Made by a program: the position numbers and the translations under genes. 64,000 nucleotides of DNA from an uncultured Myxococcales bacterium. Its GTDB lineage: Bacteria; Myxococcota_A; Polyangia; Polyangiales; Polyangiaceae. The first letter of the stretch is position 1; each line of letters starts with the position of its first letter. Shown one piece after another: positions 8,983 through 17,393 of this stretch. The notes under the pieces are model-generated. The model had not been told where the DNA came from and did not search any database. It was given only the letters and a program-made list of their open reading frames with translations. The DNA lies in contig CALFNG010000206.1 in the NCBI GenBank assembly GCA_937902985.1, forward strand, positions 3,097 through 67,096, written 5' to 3'.

Positions 8983-9724
8983 ATGCTCCCAGCGCCGTTC
9001 CAGTTCATCATCGCGATGATCGCGTACGCCATCAACCAACGGATGGTGCGGCGGATCGACTACCTGCAGGAGGAGGTCCGCGTTCTCAAGGAAGCCCTGG
9101 CCGCGGCGACCGGCAAGATGCGGATCGACTTCAGCCCCGAGCAGCGCCGCCGCCTCGCGCTCAAGGGCAAGGAACTGACCGCCGAGGAGCGCCGGGCCTG
9201 TTGCGAGATCGTCAGGCCAGCGACGATCCTCGCTTGGTTTCGTCAGCTCGCCGCCCAGAAGTACGACGGCTCGAAGGCGCGCTCGGTGGGCCGCCCGCGC
9301 AAACCAGGCGACGTGCGCTCGCTCGTGCTCGACCTGGCACGTAACAAGCGATGCCAGCTGCCTGGTCCACGATCGGGATCCCGTGTTCACCGCGGAGTGG
9401 AGGGCGTTGCTCGAAGCCCACGGCGTCAAGTGCGTCCCGATTCCGGCACACAGTCCGAGCTGCAACCCACACGCGGAGCGCTTCGTGAAGACCATCCGGA
9501 CCGAGTGCCTGGATCACTTCGTCATCTTCGGCCAACGGCACCTGCGACACTTGCTCAAGGAGTTCATGGGGCACTACCTCTCCGAGCGCTACCACCAAGG
9601 CATCGGCAGCCAAATCATCCGGCCGATGGCATCACCCGGCAACGACAACGCGCCGCTCGGCGCCATCCGATGCCGGTCGCGCCTGGGCGGAGCTCTCAAC
9701 TACTATTGCCGGACGGCCGCGTGA
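8983..9724 (+). pseudogene. IS (rve/DDE integrase-type) transposase with an internal deletion and frame change, copy R
   Basis: The N-terminal part reads ...IVRPATILAWFRQLAAQKYDGSKARSVGRPRKPGDVRSLVLDLARNK and stops making sense near 9350. In another frame it resumes as LVHDRDPVFTAEWRALLEAHGVKCVPIPAHSPSCNPHAERFVKTIRTECLD...HYLSERYHQGIGSQ...LNYYCRTAA*. The HTH and first part of the catalytic core are missing. Confidence 0.6.
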
Positions 9725-9798
9725 CATCCGGCGGCGAGTTTCCGGACATCACGGGGTGGGCCACGGGGTACGCGCAGTTGCTGTGCCAGTAGGGATAG

Positions 9799-10884
9799 CT
9801 AGAGCTTGTCCGTCTCGCCGCTCCGAGCGAGCGCGTCGACGACCGCGCGGACCTCCTGTGCGCGCTCGCGCGGAACGACCAGGACCGCGTCGTCGGTCTC
9901 GACAATGACGAGATCGTTCACGCCAAGGAGCGCCCAGCGCTTGCGGACAGTGCCGCTCGTCAGGTCGCGTACGAGGTTGTTGGCCGCGTCGACGACGACC
10001 GTGCCGCCGGGGACCGCGTTGCCGTTCGGGTCTTTGCCGGACATCTCCCAGGTGGTCTGCCAGCTGCCGACGTCGTTCCAGCCGAAGTCGCCGGGCACGA
10101 CGGCGACCCGCTTGGCCTTCTCCATGACGGCGTGGTCGATCGAGATCGAGGGGAGGGTCGGGAAGATCGCGGCGAGGGCGGCCGCCTCGTCTCCGCGCGC
10201 TGCCGCCGCCTCGATCGCGTCGAGGCCCGCCGCCAGGATCGGGACGTGCAGGGCGATCGCGTCGCGCATGACGCTCGCCCGGAAGAAGAACATTCCGCCG
10301 TTCCAGAGGTACCGGCCCTCGGCCACGAACGCCTCGGCCCGCTCGCGCGTGGGCTTCTCGACGAACCGGCTGACCGCTCGCATTCCGTCGGTCACCGCTT
10401 CGCCGACCTCGATGTAGCCGTACCCCGTCTCCGGCCGCGTGGGGACGATGCCGATGGTCGCGATCCAGCCGCTCTCTGCAGCGCGCAGCGCGGTGCCAAG
10501 CGCCTGTCGAAAGGCGGGCTCATTCCCGATGTGATGGTCCGCGGGCAAGACGGCGATGATCGCGTCCGGGTCGGCGCGCGCGATGGTCGCGCTCGCCCAG
10601 CCGATGCACGGCGCCGTATTGCGCGCGACCGGCTCGGCCAGGAAGTGCTCTCGGGGGACGGTCGGGAGGGCCGCGAGCGTCGCCTCGACGAGCCTCGTCC
10701 CGGTGGAGATCCAGACGCGATCCGCCGCGATCAGCGGCTCGAGGCGCCGCACGGTCGCGGCGATGAGGGCCTCGTCCGCGCGACCCGCCAGGGCCAGGAG
10801 CTGCTTGGGCGTGTGCCTTCGCGACGCGGGCCAGAACCGAGTGCCCGAGCCGCCGGCGAGAATGACCGCGTGCACATGGCGCAT
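9799..10884 (-). CDS. manC: Mannose-1-phosphate guanylyltransferase
   Basis: MRHVHAVILAGGSGTRFWPASR...PKQLL, IAVLPADHHI and FVEKP...A..F...G.YLWNGGMFFF. The start is set at ATG 10884, because the track ORF extends into an Arg/Ser-rich artefact. Confidence 0.85.
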   Translation of the reverse strand: MRHVHAVILAGGSGTRFWPASRRHTPKQLLALAGRADEALIAATVRRLEPLIAADRVWISTGTRLVEATLAALPTVPREHFLAEPVARNTAPCIGWASATIARADPDAIIAVLPADHHIGNEPAFRQALGTALRAAESGWIATIGIVPTRPETGYGYIEVGEAVTDGMRAVSRFVEKPTRERAEAFVAEGRYLWNGGMFFFRASVMRDAIALHVPILAAGLDAIEAAAARGDEAAALAAIFPTLPSISIDHAVMEKAKRVAVVPGDFGWNDVGSWQTTWEMSGKDPNGNAVPGGTVVVDAANNLVRDLTSGTVRKRWALLGVNDLVIVETDDAVLVVPRERAQEVRAVVDALARSGETDKL

Positions 10885-10930
10885 TCCGCCGGTCGTACCA
10901 TGGCTTTCGCCGTGGCACGATGGGGCTCGC

Positions 10931-11614
10931 GTGGCCCCGGACATCGCGTTCGACCTGACTCTCGAGCACGGCCGCTGCGTCGGCGTCACGCTCCCCGAGG
11001 CTGCGGAGGCGGTCGACGCGCTGGCCGAGACCCTGGCGGCCGCCGAGCGGGCCCGGGCCTTCGACCTGCCGATTCCCCGGCGGCGCACGTGGACGGGCGG
11101 GCGGGCCGCGATGCGCGAAGCGCTCGGCCGGCTGGGGTTCCCGGCGGACGCGGTGGCGACCGACGATCGGGGCGCGCCCGTTCTTCCGCCCGGCGTCCGC
11201 GGGTCCATCACGCACAAGGAGCGCATCGCGGCCGCGATGGTCGCCCTCGAGTCGAGCGCGTGCGTTGGCGTCGACGTCGAGATGGATATCGCGCGCTCCC
11301 ACGACATCGCGTCTCGCGTGCTCCGGGACGCCGAGCGCGCCGAGCTCGTGGGCCTCGACGCCGCCGGCCGCGCGCGCGAGGTCTTGCTGCGCTTCTCCGC
11401 GAAGGAGGCGATCTACAAGGCGCTCGACCCCTTCGTGCGGCGCTACGTCGATTTCAAGGAGATGAGCGTGTCGCCGCGCCCCGGCGGGGCGGCCCTCGTC
11501 ACGCCCTACTTGCGTGAAGGCGAGGGCCCCTTCGCGATCGAGGTCCGGTGGCGCCGCTTCGACGGCATCGTACTCACGACCGCGCGGATCGAGCGGGTCG
11601 GCCAGCCCCGGTAG
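10931..11614 (+). CDS. 4'-phosphopantetheinyl transferase (Sfp/EntD type)
   Basis: GSITHKERIAAAMVA, VGVDVE and FSAKEAIYKAL motifs. The start is uncertain: GTG 10931 is chosen because ATG 10862 would overlap the divergent manC start. Confidence 0.7.
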   Translation: MAPDIAFDLTLEHGRCVGVTLPEAAEAVDALAETLAAAERARAFDLPIPRRRTWTGGRAAMREALGRLGFPADAVATDDRGAPVLPPGVRGSITHKERIAAAMVALESSACVGVDVEMDIARSHDIASRVLRDAERAELVGLDAAGRAREVLLRFSAKEAIYKALDPFVRRYVDFKEMSVSPRPGGAALVTPYLREGEGPFAIEVRWRRFDGIVLTTARIERVGQPR

Positions 11615-11643
11615 CGAGGGATGCGGCGCGACCGCGCGTCACT

Positions 11644-11676
11644 CTCATTTGCCTCATTGCCTCATTGCCTCATTGC
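11644..11676. repeat. Octanucleotide tandem repeat (CTCATTGC) x4, the first unit with an extra T
   Basis: Read directly: ctcatttgc ctcattgc ctcattgc ctcattgc. On the minus strand each unit contains TGA. Because the unit is 8 bp, the array gives a stop in all three frames. Confidence 0.9.
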
Positions 11677-11979
11677 GCGACGCAGTTCGCGACCATCGTC
11701 TCCCAGACGAGGCCCGCCATGGCCAGGGAGCCGGCGGGGTCCGGGTGGACGTGGTCGGCCGCTGCTGCTCGATTCCGAGCCGGACGAGCCAGAGCTGGAG
11801 GCGCCCGAGGAGCTAGCGCCCGACGAGCCGTTCCCACCCGATGAACTCCCGTTGCCCTGATTCGTGGAGTCGGACCCCGTCGGCGAGCTGCCGCACCCTT
11901 CGGCCGCGCCTACGAGCCCGATCGATACGACGAGTGCAAGCCACGCGCGCGGACCCGAGTGAGTAGGCATAAGCTTCAT
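11662..11979 (-). pseudogene. Small Ser/Gly-rich lipoprotein fused out of frame to the C-terminal block of an SGNH/GDSL hydrolase (probable deletion remnant)
   Basis: MKLMPTHSGPRAWLALVVSIGLVGAAEGCGSS... is followed by a (S/G)n linker. After ...agc agc agc ggc the high-GC3 signal jumps to the +1 frame, which reads AADHVHPDPAGSLAMAGLVWETMVANCVAQ* (SGNH block V, D-x-x-H). The catalytic N-terminal blocks are absent. Confidence 0.4.
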
Positions 11980-12058
11980 GTCGACATCTCCCGCGATCGT
12001 ATCCCCGGGCGACGCCGTGGATCGCGCGGGGTTCGCGACGCGGTGACCTCGAAAGGGG

Positions 12059-14149
12059 TCAGTTCGGGGTCGTTCCGCGCCCTGCCGTGCCGGCGCGCTC
12101 GCGCGCCCGATCGGGGTAAAGGGCCCTCGGGAAGTGTTCGACGATGCTGCCGTAGGCAGTCCGCGCTTCGTCGCGCTGTCCGTTCGTCCAAAGCGAGTCC
12201 GCGAGGCCGAGGCGCGCCGGGAGATAGCCGGGGTTGACGGCGAGCGCACGGCGATAGACGGCGATCGCCTTGGCCGTGGCCCCCCGCGCGTCGTCGACCT
12301 CGGCGAGGCCGGTCAGGGCCTCCGAGTCTGACGGGGCCTGCTCGACGGCAGCGGCGAACAACGCCGCAGCGTCGTCGATGCGCCCGGCCCGACGAGCTCG
12401 GCGCGCCCGGTCGAGCAGGTCGCCTGCCGAGCCGCGGTCGGGAGCGCCGGGCCGCGGGAGCGGAGCCGCGGAAGCGCGCGGGCCCTGGGGCTCCGTGGGG
12501 ACCGGCGACGGGGCGAGAGGCTCCGGCGTGGCGGAGGGAGCCGTTGTCTGGGAAGCGGACGCCCCGGAGGACGGGAGCGTCGCCATCGTGGCGGGTTCCG
12601 GCGAGGGGCGGGTCGACGTCGTCTCATCCAAGGTGGCGATCGGTCGGGGCGAGGGCTTCGCGCGCCACGCGAAGCCGACGGCGAGCAACGTGCCGAGGAG
12701 AAGCGCGCCTGCGATGAATTGCACGACGGAGCGGGCCGCCTGACGCCGGACACGCAACAGAAGCGCTGCGCGCGCCGTGGGTTGCGCGACGTGTTCCGCC
12801 ATGGGCGGCGCAGGATCTACGAACTCTCGAGGGAGGGTCTCGGTGAGCTCGCACGCGGCGCTGGAGGGCATGGGCCCGCCGACGACGACGGTTGGATGGC
12901 GCGACGGTCGAAACTCACCGCCGCCGCCCCTCTCGGCGCCCACGGACCGGTCGAATCCCCGGCCGATGGCCGTCGGCTGCCCCGACGGTCGAACGGGTCC
13001 GTGGGACCCGCGCTCGCCGCGGGGAGCTTCGTCGAACGTCCCCGCCGCGCTCGGGTTCGATTCGTGGTTCCGGTCGTCTCGGGCAACGGGGAGCGCGGGC
13101 ATCGACGGGCTCTCCGAATGCGCCATCTCCACGCGCATTCGCGCGCGGCTCTCGCGGACGGCGTGCTCGATCTCGCGACCGCGTACCGCGCGCGCGTCAC
13201 CCAGACGCTCCGCGAGGAACGCCGCGACGTCCTCGCGCGTGGTGTAGACGTCCGCCACGCGCATCGCCTTCTCGAGAGCCATCCCCATCTCGTGCGCCGT
13301 TTCGAAGCGCTTCGCGACGTCGAGCTCGAGCGACCTTTCGACCACGAGTCGAATCGGCTCAGGGACGCTCCTGGGCAGCGGATGGGGCGGCAGACCCGCC
13401 GCGATCCGGCGGAACACCGCCACCGGCTCCGACGCGCCGTAAGGTGGGCGACCCGCCAGGAAGCTGTACATCGTGGCACCGGCGCTCCAGACGTCGGTCC
13501 GCCGGTCCACCCCGAGCCCCATCGCCTGCTCCGGCGCCATGTATGCGAGCTTGCCCTTGAGCGCACCGGCCGACGTGTCCTGCGTCACGCGATTGCGGGC
13601 CTTCGCGATCCCGAAGTCGATGACCTTGGTGGTGCCCCGAAAGCCCACGAGTAAATTTGGCGGGGATACGTCGCGATGAACGACTCCGAGCGCCAGCCCT
13701 TCGTCGTCGGTGAGCTCGTGCGCGGCGTGCAGACCGGCGCACGCATCGACCATAATGCGCGCGAGGATGCCGACCGGGATTTTGTCGGTCGTATCGCGCG
13801 CCGTCGCGCGACCCACCTTCACCAGCGACTCGCCGTCAATCCACTCCATCACGAGGAAGAGCACGCCTCTTTCCTCGCCGAGGTCGAGCACCTGGGCCAC
13901 GTTCGGATGCTCGATGCGGGACACGACGCGAGCTTCGTCGAGGAACATCCGCTGAAACTCCGAGTCGGACGCGAGCTTCGGCAAGATCGTCTTGATGGCG
14001 ACAATCCTGTCGAACCCGTGCTTGCCCTGCTGTCGAGCAAGCCAGAGCGAGCCCATCCCTCCCTCGGCGACCTGGAGCAACAGATCGTACCGATCGAGAC
14101 GGCAGCCTGGCGCGAGCCAGGCCCCGTTCGACGGCCTCCCAGACATCAT
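12059..14149 (-). CDS. Ser/Thr protein kinase (Hanks type) with a TM segment and C-terminal TPR repeats
   Basis: GGMGSLWLAR...VAIKTI, HRDVSPPNLLV, DFGIAKA and YMAPEQ. A predicted TM helix (FIAGALLLGTLLAVGFAW) and a TPR-like C-terminus follow. The start is at the ATG-ATG at 14149. Confidence 0.85.
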   Translation of the reverse strand: MMSGRPSNGAWLAPGCRLDRYDLLLQVAEGGMGSLWLARQQGKHGFDRIVAIKTILPKLASDSEFQRMFLDEARVVSRIEHPNVAQVLDLGEERGVLFLVMEWIDGESLVKVGRATARDTTDKIPVGILARIMVDACAGLHAAHELTDDEGLALGVVHRDVSPPNLLVGFRGTTKVIDFGIAKARNRVTQDTSAGALKGKLAYMAPEQAMGLGVDRRTDVWSAGATMYSFLAGRPPYGASEPVAVFRRIAAGLPPHPLPRSVPEPIRLVVERSLELDVAKRFETAHEMGMALEKAMRVADVYTTREDVAAFLAERLGDARAVRGREIEHAVRESRARMRVEMAHSESPSMPALPVARDDRNHESNPSAAGTFDEAPRGERGSHGPVRPSGQPTAIGRGFDRSVGAERGGGGEFRPSRHPTVVVGGPMPSSAACELTETLPREFVDPAPPMAEHVAQPTARAALLLRVRRQAARSVVQFIAGALLLGTLLAVGFAWRAKPSPRPIATLDETTSTRPSPEPATMATLPSSGASASQTTAPSATPEPLAPSPVPTEPQGPRASAAPLPRPGAPDRGSAGDLLDRARRARRAGRIDDAAALFAAAVEQAPSDSEALTGLAEVDDARGATAKAIAVYRRALAVNPGYLPARLGLADSLWTNGQRDEARTAYGSIVEHFPRALYPDRARERAGTAGRGTTPN

Positions 14150-14291
14150 TGGCCACGCCCCCAAGGCGGCGGGGGCCTCGAACGCTGCGCCCGCTCCTCC
14201 ACCGCTACCAACTATAAGGACGGTTACGCCCCAAGTCACTCGGCAGCTTTATACAAACGACGGCGGGCTCGGCGGCCCGCTCGCGCCCCCC

Positions 14292-14320
14292 CAGTCACGC
14301 AGTCACGCACGCAGTCACGC
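14292..14320. repeat. Octanucleotide repeat CAGTCACG x3, with one CACG spacer
   Basis: Read directly: cagtcacg cagtcacg cacg cagtcacg. It lies in the intergenic region between the kinase start and the OmpA-family stop. Confidence 0.85.
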
Positions 14321-14353
14321 GGCATGCAAGCCGCCCAAATCATGCAAGGCAAA

Positions 14354-16195
14354 TCATGGTTTCGGCGGCATGTCTTTCTTTGGAGTCGGTGTGGCACCTT
14401 CGGGAATCGGTTTGGTGGGCGGCGGCGCGGGGACTGCCTCGCCATTCGGCGCCTCGACCAGTTCGCGCGTCGTCGCGTCTTGGGTCTCGATGTGAAACTC
14501 GACTCGCCGATTGGCCGCTCGGCCGGCGTCGGTATCGTTCGGCATGATGGGGCGCTCTTTGCCCATGCCTCGCGCCGCGAGCCGCTCCTTCGCGACGCCG
14601 TGATCGGTGAGCCACTTGACCACGGATTCGGCCCGCTGTTGAGAGAGCACCTGGTTGAACTGCGAGCTCCCCGCGCTGTCGGTGTGGCCCTCGACCGTCA
14701 CGCGCTTGATTTCCTGGTGGTCGCTCAACAGCTTGGCGACCTCGGTGAGGAGCGAATCGCTCTCCCTCTTGATGACGGCCCGGTTGAAGTCGAACTTCGG
14801 CTGCTCGAGAATCTGGATCTGCGCGTTCTTGATGAACACGCGCGGACACCCCGTCGTGCTCGGATCGTCGCTCTTCGGACCGGGCACGTCCGGGCACGCA
14901 TCGGCTTCGTTGAGAATGCCGTCCTTGTCGCGATCGGGGTCGGGCGGGCAGCCGTTCGTCTTCGGGTCTTCGGTGCGAACGCCCGCGACGTCGGGGCACG
15001 CGTCGTCCGCGTCGATGACGCCGTCCTTGTCGCGATCGCTCGGGCAGCCGTTCGTCTTCGGGTCTTCGGTGCGAACGCCGGGCACGTCGGGACAGGCGTC
15101 CTCGCTGTCTTGAACGCCGTCGCCGTCCCGGTCCGGCGGCGGCGGGGGTGGCGGCGGGCAGCCGTTCGTCTTCGGGTCGTCGGTCCGGACGCCCGGCGCG
15201 TCGGGGCAAGCGTCGTCGGCGTCGAAGACGCCGTCTCCGTCGCGATCGGTTGGTTCGACGGGCTCGGCGAACGCCGGGGCGTATTCGATCGACGCGAGAG
15301 CCCGGAAAACCGACGTGCCCGCGGCGCGCGAGAGACCCGGACCGGCACCGCCGCCGAACCGGAAATCCCCCACCGTGTAGTGGGCTCCGGCGAGCACGGC
15401 GAGCGGCGTCGTGCGCGTGCCGAAAACGGCGTCGGCTTCGGTGAGCACGGTGCTTCCCCAGATCTCCGGGCCCGCCACGAGCTTCTTCGCGAGCGCACGA
15501 ACCCCGACCGCGGCGCCGAACGCGACCTCCGAGCCGGTCGGGTGACCCGCGAACCCGTCGCTGTTCGCTCGGTAGACGAAGCCGAGCGACGCGGCGTAGA
15601 CGAACGCGCCCACGTCGCCAGCGGCCAGGAGCTGCGGTCCGACCCTGACCTCGCCGTCGCCCAGGTACTTCGCCGCATCGCCCGTGGGGAGCCACAGCCG
15701 TCCGCCGAGCGCGAGGGTGATCGGATCTCCGTACGTGCCGGCGAGCCGGACATCCGCGGCGAGCCGAAGATCACCGACGCCGCCGCTCGTCGAGCCGACG
15801 ATGCGCCGTCCGTTCACGACGCCGCCGGTCTCCGACCCATCTTGAGTCATCAGGATCGGCAGGTTCACGCCGAGACGTACGCGCGACAGGAGGACGATCG
15901 AGCCGCCGAGGTGCAAGAACAGCTGGTCGGTGACGATGCTGGTGTTCTCGGACCCGTCCGGATTGACGAGGACATACGGCTTGTATCCGTAGTCGAGCAC
16001 GAGCCCGACGGCGGGGCGCACCGCGCCGCGAAGATCGAGCATGTCTTCGACGAACCACTCGCTCCCGCGCTCGGAGGGCTCGAACCGGTCGAAGGCGAAG
16101 CCCTGCGCCGTTTGCGCCCCTGCGGAAGACTCCATCGCGCCCAGCGCTGCCATCGCGGTGAAGACCGTCGCCACGAGCGCGCGGCTCACGGGCAT
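14354..16195 (-). CDS. OmpA-family outer-membrane protein with thrombospondin type-3 (Ca-binding) repeats
   Basis: Signal peptide MPVSRALVATVFTAMAALGAMESSAGAQ, then a beta-rich N-domain. Four DRDGDGV.D..DACPD.PGV.T.DPKTNGCP repeats and a PPPPPPPP linker follow. The C-terminal OmpA domain reads VTVEGHTDS.GS...N..LSQQRAESV...L...RGMGKERP...NRRVEF. Confidence 0.85.
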   Translation of the reverse strand: MPVSRALVATVFTAMAALGAMESSAGAQTAQGFAFDRFEPSERGSEWFVEDMLDLRGAVRPAVGLVLDYGYKPYVLVNPDGSENTSIVTDQLFLHLGGSIVLLSRVRLGVNLPILMTQDGSETGGVVNGRRIVGSTSGGVGDLRLAADVRLAGTYGDPITLALGGRLWLPTGDAAKYLGDGEVRVGPQLLAAGDVGAFVYAASLGFVYRANSDGFAGHPTGSEVAFGAAVGVRALAKKLVAGPEIWGSTVLTEADAVFGTRTTPLAVLAGAHYTVGDFRFGGGAGPGLSRAAGTSVFRALASIEYAPAFAEPVEPTDRDGDGVFDADDACPDAPGVRTDDPKTNGCPPPPPPPPDRDGDGVQDSEDACPDVPGVRTEDPKTNGCPSDRDKDGVIDADDACPDVAGVRTEDPKTNGCPPDPDRDKDGILNEADACPDVPGPKSDDPSTTGCPRVFIKNAQIQILEQPKFDFNRAVIKRESDSLLTEVAKLLSDHQEIKRVTVEGHTDSAGSSQFNQVLSQQRAESVVKWLTDHGVAKERLAARGMGKERPIMPNDTDAGRAANRRVEFHIETQDATTRELVEAPNGEAVPAPPPTKPIPEGATPTPKKDMPPKP

Positions 16196-17124
16196 CCCGC
16201 ATTCGAAATGACGTTGCTGTCCAGGGTCACGGCGGCCGTTTCGACCAGCGCCCGGCCTGGCGAGACGCTGGCGCCCGTGAGCATGGTAATGCTCGATTTT
16301 GCCATCACGTTTCCCTCGAGTTGAGCGCCGGTGTCGAGCGTGGCGGAGCTCCCGATCTGCCAGTACACATTGCACCCGCTCCCACCGATCACCGTGGTGG
16401 ACACGTTCGCCGAGACGGTGAGCGTGCTGGCGATCTGGAAGATCCAGACGGCGTTCGGGTCGCCTTGACTGTCGAGCGTGAGATTGCCGACGGCCTGCGT
16501 CGCCGCCACCGCGAAGCAGTAGACGCCGGGAGCGAGCGTCTTGCCCCCGAGATCGACGCCCGTCATCACGTGCTGGCAAGGGCGCCCGACGAGGTCGTTG
16601 TATGCGATGGCCAGGTCGGCCTGGGCTTGCACGGCGACGCCGTTATTGAGATCCGTCGATCCGCTGATCTGCCCGGCCGTCAAGGCGACGAGGGCCGTGC
16701 CCGGCGAGATGCCCACGTCTCCCGTGATGGAGGTCGTGAGGCCCGTGTTGGTGATCGTGCTGCCGGCGAGCACCGCGAAGCTCCTGGCGTGCGCGAGCGG
16801 TGGGCCGGCGATGCCTCCGCCCTCGAGCCCGGCGTCCGCGCCTCCCGTGTCCGCGAACGGGGAGCGTGCGTCGGCGTCGAGCAAGGCGCCCTCTCCGTCG
16901 GTCGCTCCGTCCGGTGGGCTCGAATCGTCCGACGGCGAATCGCCCGACCGATCGGGCAGCATCGCGTCCGATACCGCGTCGAGCGGGCCGTCGTCGAAGG
17001 CCGCGTCCGTCGAGGCATCGGCCGCTTCGATGACGTCATTTCCGCCGCATGCCGCCGAGAGGAGGGGCGCCGTCGGGACGAGGACGAACCGTACCGCCAG
17101 TCGAAGCCGAACAGCCGGAGCCAT
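16186..17124 (-). CDS. DUF3494 / ice-binding-like family lipoprotein
   Basis: MAPAVRLRLAVRFVLVPTAPLLSAACGG is lipoprotein-like. Then comes SFAVLAGSTITNTGLTTSITGDVGISPGTA...AQADLAIAYNDL...LAPGVYCF..A....G.LTLD..GDPNAVWIFQI.S.L. It overlaps the downstream OmpA gene by 10 nt. Confidence 0.7.
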   Translation of the reverse strand: MAPAVRLRLAVRFVLVPTAPLLSAACGGNDVIEAADASTDAAFDDGPLDAVSDAMLPDRSGDSPSDDSSPPDGATDGEGALLDADARSPFADTGGADAGLEGGGIAGPPLAHARSFAVLAGSTITNTGLTTSITGDVGISPGTALVALTAGQISGSTDLNNGVAVQAQADLAIAYNDLVGRPCQHVMTGVDLGGKTLAPGVYCFAVAATQAVGNLTLDSQGDPNAVWIFQIASTLTVSANVSTTVIGGSGCNVYWQIGSSATLDTGAQLEGNVMAKSSITMLTGASVSPGRALVETAAVTLDSNVISNAGCP

Positions 17125-17393
17125 GGCAACCCTCCCCCTTTCGCGCTCGTCTGGACGACGCACGCGCGTGCACTGCGTACTCTATCGGGCAGGGCGCGGT
17201 ACGGAAATGCACCCGCGACGACCCTGGCGATCTGGACGGTCGCCGTTGCAGACGCGCGCGGCGTCGACGAGCTCGTTCACCGATTCGCGTAATGCCTCGA
17301 TCGCGGAGCGTGTCTGGCAAATAGCCAATTTCGCGAGAGCGGAGTCGCTGCGCGCCGTCGCTCGGCGCGAACCCCCGCTCTCGCGATGAACGT

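Noticed and set aside
9799-11307. A 502-aa version of the manC ORF, and the ATG 10862 start for the PPTase gene.
   Set aside because: The N-terminal 141 codons of the long manC ORF are Ser/Arg/Ala-rich and non-homologous. ATG 10862 would make the two divergent genes overlap at their 5' ends by 23 nt.
17182-17330. A helical-looking peptide (…DSALAKLAICQTRSAIEALRESVNELVDAARVCNGDRPD…) on the minus strand, between the thiolase stop and the DUF3494 start.
   Set aside because: There is no ATG or GTG start after the thiolase stop, only a TTG that gives ~48 aa. GC3 is only moderate and I recognise no family. It could be a remnant, but I cannot support a call.
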